Sequence record: OL362041.1
Source: Escherichia phage vB_Eco_OMNI12
DNA length: 64,000 nucleotides
Direction: 5' to 3' (one strand)
Shown here: positions 57,001-64,000 of the stretch, piece after piece
Numbering within the stretch: position 1 is the stretch's first letter
How the letters are laid out: the number at the start of each line of letters is the position of its first letter
Notes under the pieces: model-generated
Databases searched by the model: none
What the model was told of the DNA's origin: nothing
Seen by the model: the letters and a program-made list of their open reading frames with translations, nothing else
Position numbers and translations under genes: made by a program

Positions 57001-57932
57001 ACACAACACGTTCTACCGTATTTGAAGTTAGTGATGAAACGTCTAGTCATTTTTATTCTCAGCGTAATAAAGCTGGAAATATAACATTTAATATCAACGG
57101 TACAGTAACACCGATAAATGTTAATGCTTCAGGAACATTGAATGCAAATGGTGTAGCAACATTTGGTAATTCAGTCACTGCAACTGGTGAAATTATTTCT
57201 CGAAGCGCAAATGCTTTCCGTGCTATTAGCGGAAATTATGGTTTCATTGTTCGCAATGACGGGTCAGTAACGAATTTTATGCTTACTGCATCGGGTGATC
57301 AGACTGGCGGATTTAATGGATTGCGTCCTTTAGCTATTAATAATGCATCTGGCCAAGTAACGATTGGTGAAAGCTTAATCATTGCAAAAGGTGCTACTAT
57401 AAGTTCGGGTGGTTTGACTGTTAACTCGAGAATTCGTTCTCAGGGTACTAAAACCTCTGATTTATATACCCGTGCGCCAACATCTGATACAGTAGGATTC
57501 TGGTCAATCGATATTAATGATTCAGCCACTTATAACCAGTTCCCGGGTTATTTTAAAATGGTTGAAAAAACTAATGAAGTGACTGGACTTCCATACTTAG
57601 AACGTGGTGAAGAAGTTAAATCTCCTGGTACATTGACTCAGTTTGGTAACACACTTGATTCACTTTACCAAGATTGGATTACTTATCCAACGACCCCAGA
57701 AGCACGTACCACTCGCTGGACACGTACATGGCAGAAAACCAAAAACTCTTGGTCAAGTTTTGTTCAGGTATTTGACGGAGGTAACCCTCCTCAACCTTCA
57801 GATATAGGAGCGATCCCATCTGATAATGGAATAATAGGTAATCTTACTATTCGCGATTTCTTGCGAATTGGTAATGTTCGCATTATTCCTGACCCAGTGA
57901 ATAAAACTGTTAAATTTGAGTGGATTGAATAA
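54063..57932 (+). CDS. 34: long tail fibre proximal subunit
   Basis: 1289 aa as T4 gp34; late promoter at 54021. Confidence 0.9.
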   Translation: MAEIKRKFRAEDGLDAGGDKIINVALADRTVGTDGVNVDYLIQENTVQQYDPTRGYLKDFVIIYNNRFWAATDNIPKPAGNFNRIRWKALRTDAVYTTVSSGPYQLKSGEAISVDTSVGNDIEFTLPPSPLDGETVIIQDIGGKPGINQVKINSSNQSIVNFRGEQVRSVLMTHPKSQMIFIFNNRLWQMYVADYSREAAIVTPSTAYQAQSNDFIVRRFTSAAPINVKLPRFANHGDIINFVDLDKLNPLYHTIVTTYDETTSVQEVGTHSIEGRTSIDGFLMYDDNEKLWRLFDGDSKARLRIITTNSSIRPNEEVMVFGANNGTTQTIELQLPTDISIGDTVKISMNYMRKGQTVKIKAAGEDKIASSVQLLQFPKRSEYPPEAEWVTVQELVFNGETNYVPVLQLAYIEDSDGKYWVVQQNVPTVERVDSLNASTRARLGVIALATQAQANADLENSPQKELAITPETLANRTATETRRGIARIATTAQVNQNTTFSFADDLIITPKKLNERTATETRRGVAEIATQQETNTGTDDTTIITPKKLQARQGSESLSGIVTFVSTAGATPASSRELNGTNVYNKNTNNLVVSPKALDQYKATPTQQGAVILAVESEVIAGQSQEGWANAVVTPETLHKKTSTDGRIGLIEIATQSEVNTGTDYTRAVTPKTLNDRRATESLSGIAEIATQVEFDAGVDDTRISTPLKIKTRFNSTDRTSVVALSGLVESGTLWDHYTLNILEANETQRGTLRVATQVEAAAGTLDNVLITPKKLLGTKSTESQEGVIKVATQSETVTGTSANTAVSPKNLKWIVQSEPTWAATTLVRGFVKTSSGSITFVGNDTVGSTQSLELYEKNSYAVSPYELNRVLANYLPLKAKAVDSNLLDGLDSLQFIRRDIAQTVNGSLTLTQQTNLSAPLVSSSTATFGGSVSANSTLTISNTGTATRLIFEKGPQTGTNPAQTMTVRVWGNQFSGESDTTRSTVFEVSDETSSHFYSQRNKAGNITFNINGTVTPINVNASGTLNANGVATFGNSVTATGEIISRSANAFRAISGNYGFIVRNDGSVTNFMLTASGDQTGGFNGLRPLAINNASGQVTIGESLIIAKGATISSGGLTVNSRIRSQGTKTSDLYTRAPTSDTVGFWSIDINDSATYNQFPGYFKMVEKTNEVTGLPYLERGEEVKSPGTLTQFGNTLDSLYQDWITYPTTPEARTTRWTRTWQKTKNSWSSFVQVFDGGNPPQPSDIGAIPSDNGIIGNLTIRDFLRIGNVRIIPDPVNKTVKFEWIE

Positions 57933-57940
57933 GAGGTATT

Positions 57941-59056
57941 ATGGAAAAATTTATGGCAGAGTTTGGACAAGGATATGTCCAAACGCCATTTTTATCGGAA
58001 AGCAATTCAGTAAGATATAAAATAAGCATAGCGGGTTCTTGCCCGCTTTCTACTGCGGGGCCATATGTTAAATTTCAGGATAATCCCGTTGGAAATCAAA
58101 CATTTAGTGCAGGTCTTCATTTAAGAGTTTTTGACCCTTCTACGGGAGCATTAGTTGATAGCAAGTCATATGCTTTTTCTGCTTCAAACAATACAACATC
58201 TGCCGCTTTTGTCAGTTTCATGAATTCTTTGTCAAACAATAGACTTGTTGCTATATTAACTAGCGGAAAGGTTAATTTTCCTCCTGAAGTGGTATCTTGG
58301 TTAAGGGGAGCAGGAACTTCAGTTTTTCCATCAGATTCAGTATTGTCAAGATTTGACGTATCATATGCTGCTTTTTATACTTCTTCTAAAAGAGCTATTG
58401 CATTAGAGCATGTTAAACTAAGTAATAGAAAAAGCACAGATGATTATCAAACTATTTTAGATGTTGTATTTGATAGTTTAGAAGACGTCGGAGCGACAGG
58501 ATTTCCAAAAAGAACTTATGAAAGTGTCGAGCAATTCATGTCAGCAGTTGGTGGAACTAATAACGAAATTGCGCGATTGCCAACTTCAGCTGCTATAAGT
58601 AAACTTTCTGACTATAATTTAATTCCTGGTGATGTTCTTTATCTTAAAGCACAGTTATATGCTGATGCTGATTTACTTGATCTTGGAACTACAAACATAT
58701 CCATTCGTTTTTATGATGCATCAAATGGATATATTTCCTCTACCCAAGCTGAGTTTACTGGGCAAGCTGGGTCTTGGGAATTAAAAGAAGACTATGTAGT
58801 TGTTCCTGAAAATGCAGTAGGATTTACGATATATGCACAAAGAACTGCCCAAGCAGGTCAAGGCGGCATGAGAAATTTAAGCTTTTCTGAAGTATCAAGA
58901 AATGGCGGCATTTCAAAACCTGCCGAATTTGGCGTCAACGGTATTCGCGTTAATTATGTCTGCGAATCGGCTTCACCTCCAGATATAATGGTACTTCCTA
59001 CACAAGCCTCTTCTAAAAATGGCAAAGTGTTTGGACAGGAATTTAGAGAAGTTTAA
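57941..59056 (+). CDS. 35: long tail fibre hinge protein
   Basis: 371 aa; order 34-35-36-37. Confidence 0.85.
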   Translation: MEKFMAEFGQGYVQTPFLSESNSVRYKISIAGSCPLSTAGPYVKFQDNPVGNQTFSAGLHLRVFDPSTGALVDSKSYAFSASNNTTSAAFVSFMNSLSNNRLVAILTSGKVNFPPEVVSWLRGAGTSVFPSDSVLSRFDVSYAAFYTSSKRAIALEHVKLSNRKSTDDYQTILDVVFDSLEDVGATGFPKRTYESVEQFMSAVGGTNNEIARLPTSAAISKLSDYNLIPGDVLYLKAQLYADADLLDLGTTNISIRFYDASNGYISSTQAEFTGQAGSWELKEDYVVVPENAVGFTIYAQRTAQAGQGGMRNLSFSEVSRNGGISKPAEFGVNGIRVNYVCESASPPDIMVLPTQASSKNGKVFGQEFREV

Positions 59057-59061
59057 ACTGA

Positions 59062-59079
59062 GGGAGCCTTCGGGTTCCC
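59062..59079 (+). terminator. terminator hairpin after gene 35
   Basis: GGGAGCC-TTCG-GGTTCCC then T-run. Confidence 0.65.
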
Positions 59080-59087
59080 TTTTTCTT

Positions 59088-59095
59088 TATAAATA
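59088..59095 (+). promoter_or_regulatory. late promoter TATAAATA for gene 36
   Basis: Exact TATAAATA. Confidence 0.65.
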
Positions 59096-59118
59096 ATATT
59101 AAAATAAAGGGGCATATA

Positions 59119-59769
59119 ATGGCTGATTTAAAAGTAGGTTCAACTGTAGGTGGATCTGTCATTTGGCATCAAGGAAATTTTCCATTGAATTCAGCCGGTG
59201 ACGATGTACTCTACAAATCATTTAAAATATATTCAGAATATAATAAACCGCAGGCAGCTGATAACGATTTCGTTTCTAAAGCTAATGGTGGTACTTACGC
59301 CGGTCCAATTACTATTAATTACGGGGTAAATAGTTATCTTCAATTAAGTAATAATGAAACCCCTATCCGAATTCGTTCTGGTGGCGGCACTGGTAATACT
59401 CTTGTAGTTGGCGGCTCTTCCGGTGGTATTAGTTTTAGACCTGCAGGTAGTGAAATCACTACTGGACAAATTACTATTACGCCAGAAGGTTTGACAACAT
59501 TTACCAGGGCTGTAACGGCTCCATCGGTAACTGTTACATCTACTCCTTCCGCAGCATCTGATGTTACTCGCAAAGATTATGTTGATGGAGCAATAAATAC
59601 TGTTACAGCAAATGCAAACTCTAGGGTATTACGCTCTGGAGACACTATGACAGGAAATTTAACTGCGCCAAACCTTTTTTCACAGAATCCTGCATCTCAA
59701 CCTTCACACGTTCCACGATTTGACCAAATCGTAATTAAGGATTCTGTTCAAGATTTCGGCTATTATTAA
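59119..59769 (+). CDS. 36: long tail fibre distal connector
   Basis: 216 aa; late promoter and terminator hairpin upstream. Confidence 0.85.
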   Translation: MADLKVGSTVGGSVIWHQGNFPLNSAGDDVLYKSFKIYSEYNKPQAADNDFVSKANGGTYAGPITINYGVNSYLQLSNNETPIRIRSGGGTGNTLVVGGSSGGISFRPAGSEITTGQITITPEGLTTFTRAVTAPSVTVTSTPSAASDVTRKDYVDGAINTVTANANSRVLRSGDTMTGNLTAPNLFSQNPASQPSHVPRFDQIVIKDSVQDFGYY

Positions 59770-59777
59770 GAGGACTT

Positions 59778-62744
59778 ATGGCTACTTTAAAACAAATACA
59801 ATTTAAAAGAAGCAAAACTGCAGGAGCACGTCCTGCCGCTTCAGTATTAGCCGAAGGTGAATTGGCTATAAACTTAAAAGATAAAACAATTTTCACAAAA
59901 GATGACTCAGGTAGTGTTATAGAATTAGGTTTAAAATATGGAGGAACTATAAATGGGTCTTTAGAGGTTACAGAAAATATAACTGGAACTTTAATTGGAA
60001 ATTCTAGCACAGCTACTAAATTGCAAACACCTAGGAAAATTAATGGTATATCTTTTGATGGGTCAAAGGACATTACCTTAACTCCATCTGACATAAATGT
60101 CAATAGCACAACATTTATAAAAAATAATGGCGAATTACCTACTGATGCTAATTTAGATACGTATGGGCCCATTGAAGAATATCTTGGTGTTTGGTCGAAA
60201 TCTACTTCAACAAATGCGCAACCAGCAAATAAATTCCCAGAAGAAAATGCCGTAGGTGTACTAGAAGTGTTTGTGGCCGGCCAATTTGCTGGCACTCAGC
60301 GTTATACTGTAAGATCTGGTAACGTCTATATTCGTTCCTTATCTGCTAAATGGAATGGCGTCGATGGTCCATGGGGTGTGTGGCGTAATGTTCAAGCGTC
60401 AACTCGTCCACTTTCACAAACGATTGACCTTGATAGCTTGGGAGAATTAGAACATTGCGGCTTATGGCGAAACAGTTCAAGCGCAATCGCATCATTTGAT
60501 CGCCATTATCCAGAAGAAGGATCAGCCGCACAAGGATTTTTAGAAATATTTGAAGGTGGTTTATACACGAGAACTCAGCGTTATACTACCCGAATGGGTG
60601 TTGTATATGTTCGTTGTCTTGCTGGTGCATGGGATCCAGAAGCTCCGAATTGGGGACCGTGGCAACAAGTAGGTATGGTTACTCCCAACACATTCTATGA
60701 CGGGGATCTTAATAATTTTCGTTCTCCTGGCTTATATAATATTTTAGGCACTGATGCCGTTATTAACCGTCCAGTTGCAGAAGGTGTTCCGGTTGAGATG
60801 ACCGGATTGCTTGAGGTTAAACAGCGTGCTTCCGGTGCCGCTATTTTCCAACGTTTCACTACCGCAGGAACGGGTGCAACTACGCGATCTCGCGTGTTTG
60901 AACGTGCGATGACAAATAACATCTGGGGAAATTGGTACGAAGTATATACGTCCTATTCTATGCCGATCACTCTGGGTATGGGTGGTGTTAAATCTCAATT
61001 AGCGGAGCTAGACTGGCAAACCTTTGATTTTGTCCCTGGTAGTATGTTTAGTGTTCCTTTGAACAAAATAAAGAATATGCCAGCAAATATGGATTGGGGG
61101 ACGATTGACGGAAACTTGGTTATGTTTTCTGTCGGTCCTAGCGAACATACCGGAACGGGTCGAACTGTTCAAGTGTGGCGCGGTACTGTATCTCAGGCGA
61201 ACTATCGTTATTTCGTTGTTCGTATCGCTGGTAATCCAGGAAGTAGGACTAATACTTGTCGTCGTGTTGTTGTGGAAGATGGTCGCCACACATGGACAGC
61301 ACAGCAAGATTTTAATGGTGCTGTCAACTTTGGTGGTTCGACAACTTTTAAGTCCACTACAACTTTTAACACAGAAGTTAAATTCCGTTCATCCAATGCA
61401 TTTAAAATGTATGGCGGTAATTTTGGCACAATTTTCCGTAATGATGGTGAAAGTCTTTATATTCTTTCCACCGACGAAGATGATCAAGATGGAAACTTTA
61501 ATACAAATAGACCTTTCCGTTATGAATTAAGAACTGGTGATGTTACTTTAGGTGGTACTAGTGGTGCTAACGTTTTAAAATTAAAACGTGATTCTCTCAC
61601 CGCATTTTTTGGTGGTGATATTAACATGAAAGGCTTGATGACTTTTGACGCCGGACGTTTAGGATCACGAGATTATTTTAAATTTAACCATTGGGGTGAT
61701 AGTAATAATGCGCGCGATAACATTATTCAGTTAGAAGACAGCAAAGGCGTTCATTTTTCCACTGAACGTACTTTAGCGACAGGTGCAATTAAGACTAAAT
61801 TTTTTGGTGAAATTGAATCCGATGGTAAATTGATTATTAAACGTCCGGGCGATTCTATTGTATTATCAACAACTGCTAGTAATTCTTTGCATATTCGCGG
61901 TGATATAGACGGGACTGGTAACTGGTATATTGGTAAAGGTGGTGCTGATAATGGATTAGCGTTCTATAGTTATGCTACTAATGCTGGTGTATACATTACA
62001 AACGCAGGAGATATCTCGCTAAGTCCAAAGGGTGCCGAAATGGCTCAGGTCAATAACGTTCGATTATATGTTCATGGTGAACGTTGGACCGCTAGTCAAC
62101 CAGGTGATTGGGGCAGTCAGTGGCAAGTGGAAGCGCCAATATTCGTCGATCATGGTTATGTTGGACCAGATAGCTATTATCCAATTATTAAAGGAAGAAG
62201 TGTAGTCACCAATCAAGGGTTTGTAACTGCCGTCGATCTTGGTATTCGTCGTGTCCCTAACAATTGGGGGCAAGCAATTATTCGTGTTGGATCTGCAGAG
62301 GCATCGCCAGCGGCTGGACACCCTAACGCGGTATTTGAATTTCATTACGACGGTACTTTCTATTCTCCTGGTAATGGTAACTTTAACGATGTGTATATTC
62401 GTTCCGATGGTCGTCTTAAGATTAATAAAAAAGAGCTAGAAAACGGAGCACTTGAAAAAGTATGTCGACTGAAAGTTTATACATACGATAAGGTTAAGTC
62501 TATTAAAGATCGTAGTGTTATTAAACGTGAAGTTGGTATTATTGCTCAGGATCTTGAAAAAGAATTATCAGAAGCTGTATCTAAAGTTGAAGTTGATGGA
62601 TCTGATGTTCTGACAATTTCTAACTCCGCTGTAAATGCTCTTTTAATTAAGGCTATCCAAGAAATGAGCGAAGAAATTAAAGAATTGAAAACGCCTTTCT
62701 TCACTAAAATTGCTCGCAAAATTGGTAAATACTTTAAATTCTAA
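59778..62744 (+). CDS. 37: long tail fibre distal subunit with C-terminal intramolecular-chaperone-like domain
   Basis: 988 aa; C-terminus SDGRLK ... [11 protein letters not shown] resembles the S74-type chaperone domain of other fibre proteins. Confidence 0.85.
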   Translation: MATLKQIQFKRSKTAGARPAASVLAEGELAINLKDKTIFTKDDSGSVIELGLKYGGTINGSLEVTENITGTLIGNSSTATKLQTPRKINGISFDGSKDITLTPSDINVNSTTFIKNNGELPTDANLDTYGPIEEYLGVWSKSTSTNAQPANKFPEENAVGVLEVFVAGQFAGTQRYTVRSGNVYIRSLSAKWNGVDGPWGVWRNVQASTRPLSQTIDLDSLGELEHCGLWRNSSSAIASFDRHYPEEGSAAQGFLEIFEGGLYTRTQRYTTRMGVVYVRCLAGAWDPEAPNWGPWQQVGMVTPNTFYDGDLNNFRSPGLYNILGTDAVINRPVAEGVPVEMTGLLEVKQRASGAAIFQRFTTAGTGATTRSRVFERAMTNNIWGNWYEVYTSYSMPITLGMGGVKSQLAELDWQTFDFVPGSMFSVPLNKIKNMPANMDWGTIDGNLVMFSVGPSEHTGTGRTVQVWRGTVSQANYRYFVVRIAGNPGSRTNTCRRVVVEDGRHTWTAQQDFNGAVNFGGSTTFKSTTTFNTEVKFRSSNAFKMYGGNFGTIFRNDGESLYILSTDEDDQDGNFNTNRPFRYELRTGDVTLGGTSGANVLKLKRDSLTAFFGGDINMKGLMTFDAGRLGSRDYFKFNHWGDSNNARDNIIQLEDSKGVHFSTERTLATGAIKTKFFGEIESDGKLIIKRPGDSIVLSTTASNSLHIRGDIDGTGNWYIGKGGADNGLAFYSYATNAGVYITNAGDISLSPKGAEMAQVNNVRLYVHGERWTASQPGDWGSQWQVEAPIFVDHGYVGPDSYYPIIKGRSVVTNQGFVTAVDLGIRRVPNNWGQAIIRVGSAEASPAAGHPNAVFEFHYDGTFYSPGNGNFNDVYIRSDGRLKINKKELENGALEKVCRLKVYTYDKVKSIKDRSVIKREVGIIAQDLEKELSEAVSKVEVDGSDVLTISNSAVNALLIKAIQEMSEEIKELKTPFFTKIARKIGKYFKF

Positions 62745-62750
62745 TAACAA

Positions 62751-62763
62751 GGGGCATTGCCCC
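62751..62763 (+). promoter_or_regulatory. hairpin between genes 37 and 38 adjacent to the gene 38 SD
   Basis: GGGG-CATTG-CCCC followed by TTT GGAG. Confidence 0.5.
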
Positions 62764-62777
62764 TTTGGAGATAAATT

Positions 62778-63578
62778 ATGGCAGTAGTTGGTGTTCCTGG
62801 TTGGATTGGAAGTTCATCCGTAAATGAAACAGGGCAACGATGGATGAGTCAAGCGGCTGGTCAATTAAGATTGGGTGTTCCTTGCTGGATGAGTCAATTT
62901 GCAGGTCGCTCGCGAGAAATTATTCACACGCTTGGAGCAGACCATAACTTCAATGGTCAATGGTTCCGAGATAGATGTTTTGAGGCAGGTAGTGCACCTA
63001 TAGTGTTTAATATTACAGGTGATTTAGTATCATATTCTAAAGATGTTCCTTTATTCTTCATGTACGGGGATACGCCTAATGAATATGTTGTTCTTAATAT
63101 TCATGGCGGTGTTCATATGTGGGGTCGTGGTGGTAATGGTGGATACACTCACTCAGGAGGCGACGGTAACGGTACACAAGGCGGTCATGTTATTCAAAAT
63201 GATATCGGTGGACGGCTTCGTATTTGGAACTACGGTGTTATAGCTGCTGGCGGTGGCGGCGGTGGTGGTATTGCATATCGTCCACACTCAGGGGCAAACT
63301 GGCAAGATATCGGTGGCGGTGGTGGTCGACCTTTCGGTGCCGCGGGCGGTGGCGGTTATTCCGGTGGTGCTGCTTCGTATGAAGGTCCGGGTGGTGGTTA
63401 TGACTATGGTAACGCACACTCCGGCGCAGGTGGTAATGCTGGTGCTGCTGGTCAGAATGCATGGTCTGACGGCGGTAAAGTTCTTAAAGTTGGTGTTGGT
63501 GGTGCGTCTGGTCATGCAGTGTTTGGGTCTTCTCCAACTTGGGGTGCTGTTGGAACAATTTACGGACCAAGAGTATAA
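62778..63578 (+). CDS. 38: T2-type receptor-recognising adhesin gp38 with glycine-rich motifs
   Basis: 266 aa; poly-Gly motifs ([25 protein letters not shown]) separating short variable segments. Confidence 0.8.
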   Translation: MAVVGVPGWIGSSSVNETGQRWMSQAAGQLRLGVPCWMSQFAGRSREIIHTLGADHNFNGQWFRDRCFEAGSAPIVFNITGDLVSYSKDVPLFFMYGDTPNEYVVLNIHGGVHMWGRGGNGGYTHSGGDGNGTQGGHVIQNDIGGRLRIWNYGVIAAGGGGGGGIAYRPHSGANWQDIGGGGGRPFGAAGGGGYSGGAASYEGPGGGYDYGNAHSGAGGNAGAAGQNAWSDGGKVLKVGVGGASGHAVFGSSPTWGAVGTIYGPRV

Positions 63579-63608
63579 TGTGAATAAATACCCTTAAAAG
63601 GAGGGTCT

Positions 63609-64000
63609 ATGGCAGCACCTAGAATATCATTTTCGCCCTCTGATATTCTGTTTGGTGTTCTAGATCGCTTGTTCAAAGATAACGCTACCGGGAAGGTTCT
63701 TGCTTCCCGAGTAGCTGTCGTAATTCTTTTATTTATGATGGCGATTGTTTGGTATAGGGGAGATAGTTTCTTTGAGTACTATAAGCAATCAAAGTATGAA
63801 ACATACAGTGAAATTATTGAAAAGGAAAGAAATGCACGCTTTGAATCTGTCGCCCTGGAACAACTCCAGATAGTTCATATATCATCTGAGGCAGACTTTA
63901 GTGCGGTGTATTCTTTCCGCCCTAAAAACTTAAACTATTTTGTTGATATTATAGCATATGAAGGAAAATTACCTTCAACAATAAGTGAAAAATCACTTGG
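63609..64000 (+). CDS. t: holin t, N-terminal part (3' end outside window)
   Basis: Hand-translated MAAPRISFSPSDILFGVLDRLFKDNATGKVLASRVAVVILLF matches T4 holin; frame open to window end. Confidence 0.85.
   Translation, partial: MAAPRISFSPSDILFGVLDRLFKDNATGKVLASRVAVVILLFMMAIVWYRGDSFFEYYKQSKYETYSEIIEKERNARFESVALEQLQIVHISSEADFSAVYSFRPKNLNYFVDIIAYEGKLPSTISEKSL

Noticed and set aside
63238-63515. His/Arg-rich and Thr-rich antisense ORFs overlapping gene 38
   Set aside because: Shadow frames generated by the GGT/GGC-rich glycine-motif coding sequence of gp38.

Overview
This 64 kb window is a contiguous segment of a T4-like (T-even) myovirus genome, running from the 3' end of terminase small-subunit gene 16 to the 5' end of holin gene t. 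Plus-strand late structural blocks (terminase 17, tail sheath/tube 18-19, portal 20, prohead core 67/68, protease 21, scaffold 22, major capsid 23, vertex 24; baseplate 51-27-28-29-48-54; long tail fibre 34-35-36-37-38) alternate with minus-strand blocks (rnlB-hoc-inh; uvsY-25-26; alt; and the early/middle block 30, rIII, 31, cd, pseT, alc, rnlA, denA, nrdB, nrdA, td, frd, 32, 59, 33, dsbA, rnh). Calls rest on protein sequences I recognise in the supplied translations, on T4 gene order recalled from memory, and on TATAAATA late promoters and GC-hairpin terminators read directly from the sequence; no database search was run. I did not find a convincing stand-alone novel multi-gene system. Visible departures from the T4 reference as I recall it are: an enlarged hoc with three near-identical 288-bp tandem repeats, two tandem full-length alt paralogs, uninterrupted td and nrdB, no segD, a T2-type glycine-rich gp38 adhesin, a 54-bp SD-containing hairpin element repeated upstream of two unrelated genes, and a ~355-bp non-coding island next to rIII. 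No rRNA, tRNA or CRISPR array was found.
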